A DNA stretch of 64,000 bases from Dehalococcoidia bacterium (GTDB lineage Bacteria; Chloroflexota; Dehalococcoidia; Lucifugimonadales; VXLM01): the NCBI GenBank assembly GCA_963662435.1, contig OY759598.1:1334507-1398506 (forward strand). The letters are read 5' to 3'. The notes under the pieces are model-generated. The model was not told where the DNA came from, did not search any database, and saw nothing but the letters and a program-made list of their open reading frames with translations. Positions 30,339 to 38,774 of this stretch are shown here, piece after piece (the first letter of the stretch is position 1; each line of letters begins with the position of its first letter). Both the position numbers and the translations under genes were made by a program.

Positions 30339-30632
30339 CCTCCGAAAATACCCCCCGTCCAATCTCCCTGCCGCCATTCTCATGGTTGGTGGTGTCTGTG
30401 ACAGCCCACATGAGCGATTCCTCTGAAAATAACCCCCAGCCAACCTCCCGTAGGGGCGATTCGCGAATCGCCCTTACCGCCATTTTCATGTTTGGTGGTG
30501 TCGGTGAAAACCGACATGAGCGATTGCTATGAAAAAAGATATGGTGAGTACGTTCGCCCTGAGCTTGTCGAAGGGCAGAATTGAGCCAGTCCCATTTTCA
30601 TCCCCTTATGTGGCCTTCGTAAGGCCATGGTG
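30339..30632. mobile_element. Tandem array of three non-autonomous IS110-end mini-elements (~80-110 bp), two with REP-like cargo
   Basis: 30480-30525 matches IS end 2389-2434 at 43/46 and 30374-30419 matches it at 40/46. 30417-30431 is identical to IS end 986-1000. Confidence 0.75.
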
Positions 30633-30652
30633 ATCCCCGTGAACATAGTGCC

Positions 30653-31735
30653 TCAGCAGTAACCTTCGATGAGCATGTCCCGTCCCAACCGCTTCCAACG
30701 CACTCGTTCAAGTTCGAGGGCGTCGGCCATCATCTCGACGCCCGCGCCTCCGACCGGCGATGGAGCGTTCGCACCGCCGATGACTGTGGGAGCAACGAAC
30801 GCTACTACCTTGTCGACGAGGTCAAGGTCGAACAGGGCGCCGAGCAATGTTCCTCCGCCTTCCACCATTATGCTGGTGATGTCCCGCTCTTGCGCAAGGA
30901 AATTCGTGAGGACCTGTAGGTCAATATGCCCGTCTCTCAGGGTGAAGGGGCGTATGTCGACACCCTTGCGATGGTTCGAAGAACCAGAGCTGGCGACTTC
31001 CGGCCCCACGGCGATCAAGGTCTTGCCGGGCTCCGAGAGGAGACGCGCCGAGTCCGAAAGCCTACTACGAGAGTCCACGACCACGCGGAGCGGCTGGCGG
31101 GCCAGGGGGTTCCCGCGTTCGTCGCGGGCGGTAAGCCGGGGATCATCAGCCAGCGCGGTGCCGATGCCTACCATCACCGCATCGGAACGGGCACGCATCC
31201 TTTGGACGTGCCAGCGGGCCTTGTCACCCGTTATCCACTTCGAGTCCCCTGAGGGAGTGGCGATCTTGCCATCGAGGCTCATGGCGAATTTGGCTGTGAT
31301 GAATGACCTGCCGATTGTAACGAACTTTAGCCACGCCTCAAGCTGACGCTGCACCGCTGCCGACTCCGCCCCTAGTTGGGTGCGAATTCCATCGGACTCC
31401 AACCGCTCCAGCCCCCCGCCTGAGACGACGGGGTTCGGATCGCGGAGGGCGACGTGCGCACTGGAAATCCCAGCCTCGATAATCGCGTCGGTACATGGCG
31501 GCGTTCGACCCAGGTGGTTGCACGGTTCGAGAGTGACGTGAAGCGTCCCGCCTTTCGCAAGGGATCCGGCCTGCTTGAGGGCGACGACTTCCGCGTGGTC
31601 GCCACCCGGCGGCTGCGTGTAGCCCTCGCCGACGATCTCTCCGTCCTTGACGATAACGGCCCCGACCGCAGGGTTGGGACTCGTCGAGCCGAGGGCCTGA
31701 CGCGCGAGGGTAACCGCCCTTCGCATGTGGTTCAT
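30653..31735 (-). CDS. ribD: Riboflavin biosynthesis deaminase/reductase
   Basis: PNPAVG, HAE, LEPCNH..PPC, SLDGKIA and VEGGG. Confidence 0.97.
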   Translation of the reverse strand: MNHMRRAVTLARQALGSTSPNPAVGAVIVKDGEIVGEGYTQPPGGDHAEVVALKQAGSLAKGGTLHVTLEPCNHLGRTPPCTDAIIEAGISSAHVALRDPNPVVSGGGLERLESDGIRTQLGAESAAVQRQLEAWLKFVTIGRSFITAKFAMSLDGKIATPSGDSKWITGDKARWHVQRMRARSDAVMVGIGTALADDPRLTARDERGNPLARQPLRVVVDSRSRLSDSARLLSEPGKTLIAVGPEVASSGSSNHRKGVDIRPFTLRDGHIDLQVLTNFLAQERDITSIMVEGGGTLLGALFDLDLVDKVVAFVAPTVIGGANAPSPVGGAGVEMMADALELERVRWKRLGRDMLIEGYC

Positions 31736-31739
31736 GGCC

Positions 31740-32321
31740 CTAGTCCGTGGAGGTCTCGTCCTTGAAATCCATGTACATGCGACTCGCTGTGGGTACGACC
31801 TGACCCTGGTACTTGCTGCCGAGACCGGGAGAGCCGTAGAGCTGCTCGGCGGGCGTCGTGAGCCGCAGGAACGAGAGCTGGCCTATCTTCATCCCCTGGT
31901 AGAGGGTGATGGGCAGGTTTGCGACGTTGCTCAATTCGAGCGTGAGGTGTCCCTTCCAGCCCGGATCGACGTAACCGGCCGTCGAGTGTATGAGCAGCCC
32001 TATTCGTCCCAGTGAGCTCTTTCCCTCCAGGCGTGCAACCAGATGCCCGGGTATCTCGATGTGCTCCAAAGTGGTGCCCAGCACGAACTCCCCCGGATGG
32101 AGAATGAAGGGATCGTCGTCCCCAGTCTCGACCATCTCGGTGAGGTCGGTCATGTCCTGGCCGATGTCGATGTAGGGACGGCGTGAGTTGCGGAAAACGA
32201 GAATCTGCGGGCCAAGGTGAACATCCACGCTCGCGGGCTGTATGCAGCCCTCTCCCAATGGATCGACGACGATGCTGCCGTTGTCGATCTCCTCTCGTAT
32301 CGTTCGGTCGCTCAATACCAT
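31740..32321 (-). CDS. dcd: dCTP deaminase
   Basis: IQPASVD, GKSSLGR, AGYVDPGW, LTLE and KYQGQ. Confidence 0.96.
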   Translation of the reverse strand: MVLSDRTIREEIDNGSIVVDPLGEGCIQPASVDVHLGPQILVFRNSRRPYIDIGQDMTDLTEMVETGDDDPFILHPGEFVLGTTLEHIEIPGHLVARLEGKSSLGRIGLLIHSTAGYVDPGWKGHLTLELSNVANLPITLYQGMKIGQLSFLRLTTPAEQLYGSPGLGSKYQGQVVPTASRMYMDFKDETSTD

Positions 32322-32447
32322 GCGCGTGTGTCCTGCCCAGCGGTCGATTTCGGGGTGAGGAGAATTGTAGCAATCAGCCAGCCACACGCGCAATGAGGCA
32401 GGTACGGTCGGAGTGAGCGGCCCATTCTTGAGTCACTATGTTTCCGC

Positions 32448-33080
32448 TCAGCGAACGCTCCGCTTGAGGGCGGCGACGACTGAGAGGAACAGGAGTTTGA
32501 CATCCATCCAGGGACTGAGGGTCTCGATGTACAGGTTGTCATATCGCAGCTTGTTTCGAGGGTGCGTCTGTGCGCTCCCCCGCACCTGCGCCAGTCCTGC
32601 AACCCCGGGTCGCACACGCAGCCGCTCCGAGAAGGTTGGGACCTCCCGGCTGAACCGTTCGACCAATTCCGGACGCTCAGGACGCGGCCCAACGACACTC
32701 ATCTCGCCCTTCAGGATGTTCACCACCTGCGGCAGCTCATCGAGATGGAGCTTGCGAAGGACGCGCCCAATAGGGGTGGCGCGGCGGTCACGCTCCTCTG
32801 CCCACACCGGCCCTGTCTCAGACTCGGCATCCATGATCATGGTGCGGAACTTTATGACATTGAAGCGGCTGCCGTTCCGACCCACTCGCTCCTGCACGTA
32901 GAAGATCGGACCGCGGTCTCCAATCCAGATGACGATGGGTATGCCGATCCAGAGAACCACGAAGAAGGGAAACAACGCAATGTGAGCCAATATTATCAGG
33001 GCGAGGTCAAAAGGCCGCTTGTACCCGTCGCGGATGACGACGGAGTCTCCTCCAATTTCCCTTGACGCCTTATGCGTCAT
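32448..33080 (-). CDS. Bacterial sugar transferase (priming phosphoglycosyltransferase, Bac_transf)
   Basis: KRPFD, KFRTM, LDELPQ, GEMSVVGPRPE and PGVAGLAQV. Confidence 0.92.
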   Translation of the reverse strand: MTHKASREIGGDSVVIRDGYKRPFDLALIILAHIALFPFFVVLWIGIPIVIWIGDRGPIFYVQERVGRNGSRFNVIKFRTMIMDAESETGPVWAEERDRRATPIGRVLRKLHLDELPQVVNILKGEMSVVGPRPERPELVERFSREVPTFSERLRVRPGVAGLAQVRGSAQTHPRNKLRYDNLYIETLSPWMDVKLLFLSVVAALKRSVR

Positions 33081-33263
33081 AGCACCTCTCTCGCGGCGTC
33101 CACTGGCGCGTTGCGCGTTTTTCGTCCCATTGATCGCGATTGTATCTCCGGTACCGGAGGGATTCAACGTGAGCGTCCCGGCGCCCCCTGCTGGACACGC
33201 TCCTTCGCCTCACGTATTCTGTGTTTTGTAGAGAGAATACCAATACCGAGAGAGCAATTCGCC

Positions 33264-34292
33264 ATGTACAAGATTGTCAGTCAGCGTCCACCGGGCGCGG
33301 CAGGAGGGCCGCCTTCCAACTACGACTTGGAGATGGAGGCCCTGGGGCAGCTTGATGTGGAGCTCAAAGAGGTCGCGACGGACGACGAGGACGAGTTCAT
33401 CGCCGAGGCGCGCGACGCGGACGCGATATACGTCCACCGCTCTCAGCTGACGAGACGGGCGATCGAGTCTCTCGAAAAATGCAGGGTGATCTCGACCGGA
33501 AGCGTCGGTGTCGACAAGATAGACGTGGGAGCGGCCACGGAGTGCGGCATCCCCGTGACCAATGTTCCGGACGTCTTCATCGAAGAGGTCGCCGACCACA
33601 CGATGGTGTTGATCCTCTCGATGTACCGCCGTGTGACCCTCATGGACCAGTTGTCCCGCGATGAGCGCTGGACACAGGGGCGCGGCGTGCTTTCCGCCTT
33701 TCCGCGCCTGTTCGGCATGACTCTCGGACTCATCTCCTTCGGCAATATCTCCCGCGCCGTGGCCCATCGGGCGGCCCCGTTTGGTCTGCGGATTCTCGCC
33801 CACGATCCCTATCTCAGCGAGCTTGCCATGACGAAGGCGGGAGTCGAGCCCGTGGGCATGACCGAGCTCTTACAGCGTTCCGACATCGTGTCGATGCACG
33901 CTCCCGCCACTCGCGAGACTCATCACATGATGGGCGAGGAGCAGTTCCGGCTCATGAGTCCACACTCGATATTCGTGAACACGAGCCGCGGAGACACCGT
34001 GGATGAGCAGGCCCTCATTCGCGCACTCGACGAGAAGTGGATTTCCGCCGCCGGTCTCGACGTTCTTGAGAAGGAACCACCGGACCTCGACAATCCGATC
34101 CTCAAGATGGAAAACGTCATTCTGTCGCCGCACGTCGGTTCCGCCTCGGCCCGCATGGACCCAGAACGCCGTCGCCGTGTCGGGCGCGAACTCGCACTCG
34201 TCCTTAGAGGCCGCTGGCCGCGCGCATGCGTGAACCCATCGGTGCTGCCGGATACCGACCTGGTCCGCTGGAAGCCGTACTCGATGGAGTGA
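33264..34292 (+). CDS. D-2-hydroxyacid dehydrogenase family (CtBP/SerA-like)
   Basis: GVDKID, EEVADH, NTSRG, LDVLEKEP and SPHVG. Confidence 0.9.
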   Translation: MYKIVSQRPPGAAGGPPSNYDLEMEALGQLDVELKEVATDDEDEFIAEARDADAIYVHRSQLTRRAIESLEKCRVISTGSVGVDKIDVGAATECGIPVTNVPDVFIEEVADHTMVLILSMYRRVTLMDQLSRDERWTQGRGVLSAFPRLFGMTLGLISFGNISRAVAHRAAPFGLRILAHDPYLSELAMTKAGVEPVGMTELLQRSDIVSMHAPATRETHHMMGEEQFRLMSPHSIFVNTSRGDTVDEQALIRALDEKWISAAGLDVLEKEPPDLDNPILKMENVILSPHVGSASARMDPERRRRVGRELALVLRGRWPRACVNPSVLPDTDLVRWKPYSME

Positions 34293-34295
34293 CCT

Positions 34296-35150
34296 GTGAC
34301 ATCCGGTACCGTCGCATATCTCGGGCCGCGGGGCACCTTCAGCGAAGAGGCAGCGATTCTCTATGTCGCGGATTCTGAGCACGTACCTTACCCGACCATC
34401 CGCGAGGCGGCCATGGCGGCCGAGTCGGGAATGACCGACGAGGCGGTCCTGCCCATCGAAAACAGCATCGAGGGTTCAGTGAACATGACCCTCGACTACC
34501 TCATTCACGACTCGACGCTTTCCATAGTCGGAGAGGTCATCCTGGCCATCCGGCAGTGTCTCATTGTTGTAGAGGACGCGCGCGCCGAGGACATCGAGAC
34601 GATCCGCTCGCATCCCCAGGCCCTTGCGCAGTGCCAAACGTACCTGCAGCGGGAGTTCCCAGAGGCGGAACTCATCGCCTCGATTAGCACGGCCGGCGCG
34701 GTGGAAGAGGCGCTGGAAGAGGGAAAGTCTTCGGCGGCCATCGGCAACCGCCGTGCAGCGGAGCTGTTTGGCGCGACAGTGCTGCAGGACGGCATCGAGG
34801 ACAACCCCAACAACATGACCCGATTCGTGGCGATGGGACGAAACCGTCCGCCTCGGACCGGCGACGACAAGACGTCCATATGCTTCGGGTTTGACGACGA
34901 TGTTCCCGGACAGCTCTACACTGCCCTGGAAGAGTTCGCCCGCCAGAACATCAACCTGGCGAAAATCGAGTCGCGTCCTACACGTCACGAGTTGGGCAGC
35001 TATGTGTTCCTTGCCGACATGGCAGGCCACCGTGAGGACGATTCGGTATCAAGAGCAATCGAGGCGATGGAACGTCGCGTCTCCCTGCTAAAGGTCTTCG
35101 GGTCGTACCCCCTGCGACGCGCGCCGAAATCGACTACTGACGAGTCCTGA
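34296..35150 (+). CDS. pheA: Prephenate dehydratase
   Basis: LGPRGTFSE, PIENSIEG, SHPQALAQC, TRF and KIESRP (ACT domain). Confidence 0.96.
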   Translation: MTSGTVAYLGPRGTFSEEAAILYVADSEHVPYPTIREAAMAAESGMTDEAVLPIENSIEGSVNMTLDYLIHDSTLSIVGEVILAIRQCLIVVEDARAEDIETIRSHPQALAQCQTYLQREFPEAELIASISTAGAVEEALEEGKSSAAIGNRRAAELFGATVLQDGIEDNPNNMTRFVAMGRNRPPRTGDDKTSICFGFDDDVPGQLYTALEEFARQNINLAKIESRPTRHELGSYVFLADMAGHREDDSVSRAIEAMERRVSLLKVFGSYPLRRAPKSTTDES

Positions 35151-36726
35151 TACCGAACAGGCGCAGCGATTCCGTCAGTTCCCGCACACATGCCTGGGGG
35201 TCTCGGTCCCCAAAGATGGTGAAGCGCAGGAGCATGTTGTTCATTCCGTAGCTGGTCAGCCACTGGGCGCCCTCCGGCTTGAGTGCCTCGCCGGACAGGA
35301 CGTTGTCATTGAGTCGCGTGAGCACGGAACAGATATGCTCCACGTCTACAGATTCGTCCGCGAGCACGGCAATGTCTCGCAGGTGATGGTCGAGGTTGGC
35401 GGCGCGCCACTCCCTAGTCTCCTCAGGCGTATAGACGTGGCGGATGTTTCGACGCTCGATGCGGGCAGTATTCCTGCGCGCGCCCTTGCCGGCCCTTTTG
35501 AGTGTTGACTCGGACTCGTCGTCATACGCTAGGTACCACTTGCCGTCGACAACGGCCTGGCGCTTGGCGATCTCGACGCTGTGCCCGTCCACGTCGGTAA
35601 CGATGCCCACGTGCAGCCGGACTGCGCTGTCGAATGAGAACGGGTCGCGCACCTGTACTATCGTGAGTTCCTTCGACTCCATCCTTTGATGCAGATCGCG
35701 GTAGCTCTGCTGGACGCTGTCCACTAGGGCTATTGAATTCGCATAGGCCCGGGCCACTTCACTGCCCTTGAAGAGCCTGACAATCTCCTCGATGGCCTCC
35801 AGCGTCTCGTCCTCACCCTTCGCGAACCGACCCGCGAGTTCACTTGCCGCCTCCACGAACAGGGAGCGGACTGCGTCCGAATCCGCCTGGCCCTGGATTT
35901 GGGCGTGAAGGTCCGGGTTGCCGCCGATGATCCTTGAGGTGAATGCCGCCAGGATGCTGTACGGGGGCGTGCTGTATCGCAGCGACTCCTCGAACGTGTA
36001 CCCCAAGTCGGAGGCCTTCGCCAGGGTCTTGCCGAATACCAGGTAGGCATAGTGCGCGAGGGTCTGGACGAGCAGCATGTACTTGTCGTGTGTTTCTGAA
36101 TCCGTTTCCTCGACGATCGCGCCTTGCGAGCGGAGAAGGGTCGTCATCCAGGAGTAGATGCCCTGATCGGTGCGTTCCGTTGGCACCATCATGAACGTCT
36201 GGCCGATGACATTCAGAACTGCCGGCCCGAAGAGCGGGTGGGTACCCAGAACTCCCACGCCTTCGGGGGCGTGCTTCAGCATTGCCGCTATAGTCCGAGT
36301 CTTCGTAGAGACCACGTCGAATACGGTCGCTCCGGAACTGAGACGCGGCAGGATTGCGGAGGCGGCAGCCTCGACCTGGTTCTCCGGAACGGCCAGCATC
36401 ACCAGGTCGTAGTCGTCGAGCGCCAGTGGCGCGGAAGGAGGAGTCGCGGCCGTATCGACGGCGACCCAGTCGGCGAACTCACAGCCGTTCTCCAACCTTA
36501 CTGCGTCGACCGGACAGGGCGTCTGTGTCAGTTCAGCCGCATGCTTGGCGTCCGGATTGTGGCCACGCGTATCACCTTCGCGGGCAAGAGGCTTGACGTC
36601 GGCCAGGGTGATCCGTCCGATGTCCGGTACCCTCCCAAACACGCGCTTGACAAGCCACATGCCGATGCCGTCGGCGCCGCCGACTACAAGGAGGTCTTTG
36701 GGGGATGCGCCATCTGTGTGTTTCAT
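35134..36726 (-). CDS. tyrA: Prephenate/arogenate dehydrogenase family protein with long C-terminal extension
   Basis: VGGADGIG, LAVP, DVVSTK, HPLFGP and HDKYMLLVQTLAH. Confidence 0.8.
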   Translation of the reverse strand: MKHTDGASPKDLLVVGGADGIGMWLVKRVFGRVPDIGRITLADVKPLAREGDTRGHNPDAKHAAELTQTPCPVDAVRLENGCEFADWVAVDTAATPPSAPLALDDYDLVMLAVPENQVEAAASAILPRLSSGATVFDVVSTKTRTIAAMLKHAPEGVGVLGTHPLFGPAVLNVIGQTFMMVPTERTDQGIYSWMTTLLRSQGAIVEETDSETHDKYMLLVQTLAHYAYLVFGKTLAKASDLGYTFEESLRYSTPPYSILAAFTSRIIGGNPDLHAQIQGQADSDAVRSLFVEAASELAGRFAKGEDETLEAIEEIVRLFKGSEVARAYANSIALVDSVQQSYRDLHQRMESKELTIVQVRDPFSFDSAVRLHVGIVTDVDGHSVEIAKRQAVVDGKWYLAYDDESESTLKRAGKGARRNTARIERRNIRHVYTPEETREWRAANLDHHLRDIAVLADESVDVEHICSVLTRLNDNVLSGEALKPEGAQWLTSYGMNNMLLRFTIFGDRDPQACVRELTESLRLFGIRTRQ

Positions 36727-36850
36727 GAATTATGCGGTCTGAGGAGCCCTTCCGAACGGGGCGCAGCGCCCACAGTACGCGCTTGCGTATCTTACTTACC
36801 AACCTGAATCCGGTCAACGAAACGAAGGCGCATCACGAGGTACGACATGG

Positions 36851-36974
36851 CTAGTACTGGTTCTATATGAAGGTGATAGTCGAATAGGGATGTGCTCTAT
36901 CCCCTCTCCCGTTGTGGGAGAGGGCTAGGGTGAGGGTGAAGCGAAAAATCAAGATCATGTGGAACCCCCACTAG
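36851..36974. mobile_element. CTAG-flanked MITE-like element carrying a CCCTCTCCC..GGGAGAGGG hairpin
   Basis: CTAG at both ends. Imperfect inverted ends gtactggttctatatga / tcatgtggaacccccac. Relatives at 50853, ~47215 and ~26150-27993. Confidence 0.7.
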
Positions 36975-37022
36975 TCCGTCAACTTCAATACGATGAACTG
37001 GCGGATGCCGCTATGTCCTCTC

Positions 37023-37675
37023 TCCCGTCGTGAACTGACAGGGGTAGGCAAAACGGATTTGTAGCTATGATCCAGCCCCGTATCCCTGTCATTCCGAGTG
37101 GAGCGAGGAATCTAAAATCCATAACCACAAGACCGGACAGCCGGTGCGGGCTTCTATCGTGACCAAGAGCGAAAACAGCGCAAGAACCCCCTATGTCAGC
37201 TATACGTTAGGACAAACACCTTAGAGAGTGTCTAAAAACTCCGTTCACCCTGAGCCTGTCGAAGGGTCGTTTGTGGTTCGACAAGCTCACCACGAACGGA
37301 TCCGGCGGCCTATTGGACACCCTCTTAGATTCTTCGACTCCGCTGCGCTCCGCCCAGAATGACAGTGCCGGGGTTGCGTTCCAGTGAATGTAGCCCCTTT
37401 CCCGTCGTGAACTGTCAGGGGTAGGCAAAACGGATCTGTAGTTATGATCCGGCCCCGTATCCCTGTCATTCCGAGTGGAGCGAGGAATCTGAAATCCATA
37501 ACCACAAGACCGGACAGCCAGTGCCGCGCTCATTTCGTGACTGAGAGTGAAACCGGCGAAAGAACGCCCGATGGTGGCTTTGCCTTATGACAGACACTTT
37601 AGATTCCTCGACTTCGCTGGGCTCCGCTCAGAATGACAGGGCCGGGGTTGCGTTCTGGCGAATGTAGACCCTCTC
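37023..37675. repeat. Two tandem ~275-bp REPIN-like units (37023-37399 and 37400-37675)
   Basis: Both units share tcccgtcgtgaactg..caggggtaggcaaaacgga and the inverted pair TGTCATTC..GAATCT / AGATTC..GAATGACA. Confidence 0.85.
37224..37324. mobile_element. 101-bp MITE with TTA target duplication (IS5-like ends) nested in the first unit
   Basis: Ends GAGAGTGTCTAAAA / TATTGGACACCCTC with TTA on both sides. The empty site acact-TTA-gattc is present in unit 2. Confidence 0.8.
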
Positions 37676-37774
37676 TCCCGTTCGCGGGGGAGAGACAAAG
37701 AGAGGGGGGTTCCCACAGTTACTCGAAAGCCTGTCGAAGGGCAATAATAGTCCCAACTGCCTCATGCGAAACCC

Positions 37775-38533
37775 TCAGATCAACCCCGCGTTGTCGCAGA
37801 ATGCTTCCAGCATCTCTCGGGACTGGGATTCGTAGATCGGCGAATAGCCTTCAAATTCCCTGAGGTTGGTCTCCGCCTCCAACTTGGGATCGAACAAGGG
37901 GCCCATCAGCTCGTAATCGCCCGCCAATTCCCTGTTCCAGATTCGCAGCTCATTGAGGGTGAGTTGAGGCTCGAACTGAAAGCCGTAGGAAGTGCCGTAA
38001 CGAAAGGCGAGGCTCTGTCTTCTGAACGTCCCGTCCCGGCAGAGCATGTATCCATAGGCCAGTTCCGTCGCTCCGGGCGGCACGGTGAAGCACTCTGCAT
38101 GGAGGGTTGGGACCAGCGGAACGCGCAGCTTGCCGAAAACGGGGTCACGGCTCCCCTCTTCGGTGATCCAGATCTTTCTCAGACCGAACTCGTATCCACC
38201 GGTGGGCTCAACCTTCCCGCCCAGCGCCCGGGCCATGAGCTGTGCCCCCAGGCACACGCCGAACACCGGCACACCGGAGGCCATGGCATCGACGTAGTAC
38301 CGACGCTCTGCTCTCAGCGCGGCATAGTCGTCGTTGGCCGATTGTGGCCCTCCAAGCACGACGATCAGATCGATCTTCTCCAGCGGTGGCGGATCGAACT
38401 GCGCGAATTCCGGAGCGCCTTCAAAGATTCTTACTTCGCAGAACTCGAATCCACGTTCGGCTAGGGTTGATGTGTAGTTTTCAGCCAGGGTCTCCGGCTC
38501 GGCATGGCGGACTATCAAGGCTTGTTTTGGCAT
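37775..38533 (-). CDS. Class I glutamine amidotransferase-like protein
   Basis: LGGPQSAND, GVCLGAQL and GFQFEPQ. Confidence 0.88.
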   Translation of the reverse strand: MPKQALIVRHAEPETLAENYTSTLAERGFEFCEVRIFEGAPEFAQFDPPPLEKIDLIVVLGGPQSANDDYAALRAERRYYVDAMASGVPVFGVCLGAQLMARALGGKVEPTGGYEFGLRKIWITEEGSRDPVFGKLRVPLVPTLHAECFTVPPGATELAYGYMLCRDGTFRRQSLAFRYGTSYGFQFEPQLTLNELRIWNRELAGDYELMGPLFDPKLEAETNLREFEGYSPIYESQSREMLEAFCDNAGLI

Positions 38534-38774
38534 GATTGGTTACTCGTTTACACCCTCGATTGCGGAACCAATGGTAATCGTGACTAATGTCAACGTCCGC
38601 CGGAGGTCGCTCGCAATGCCGTCACTCCATTGGGGTGGCTATTCTATAACAACCGCCAATTGTGACTAACCAAAGTGTGCGCCGCTGCCGGAATCTCCCT
38701 CGCCCCACGTGCACCGGCCAAATGAATTTGGACGCCTGAGGGTATAATGTGCACCGTTACAGGAGTGTTGCCGC

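Noticed and set aside
30339..30632. CRISPR or integron attC array (repeat plus variable spacer)
   Set aside because: The repeats match IS110 ends, the interiors are REP-like, and there is no RYYYAAC/GTTRRRY pairing or integrase.
31735..32450. FMN riboswitch upstream of the rib genes
   Set aside because: ribD directly follows dcd and no RFN-like motif is visible.
37207..37533. Short ORFs across the repeat island
   Set aside because: They are translations of REP/MITE sequence.
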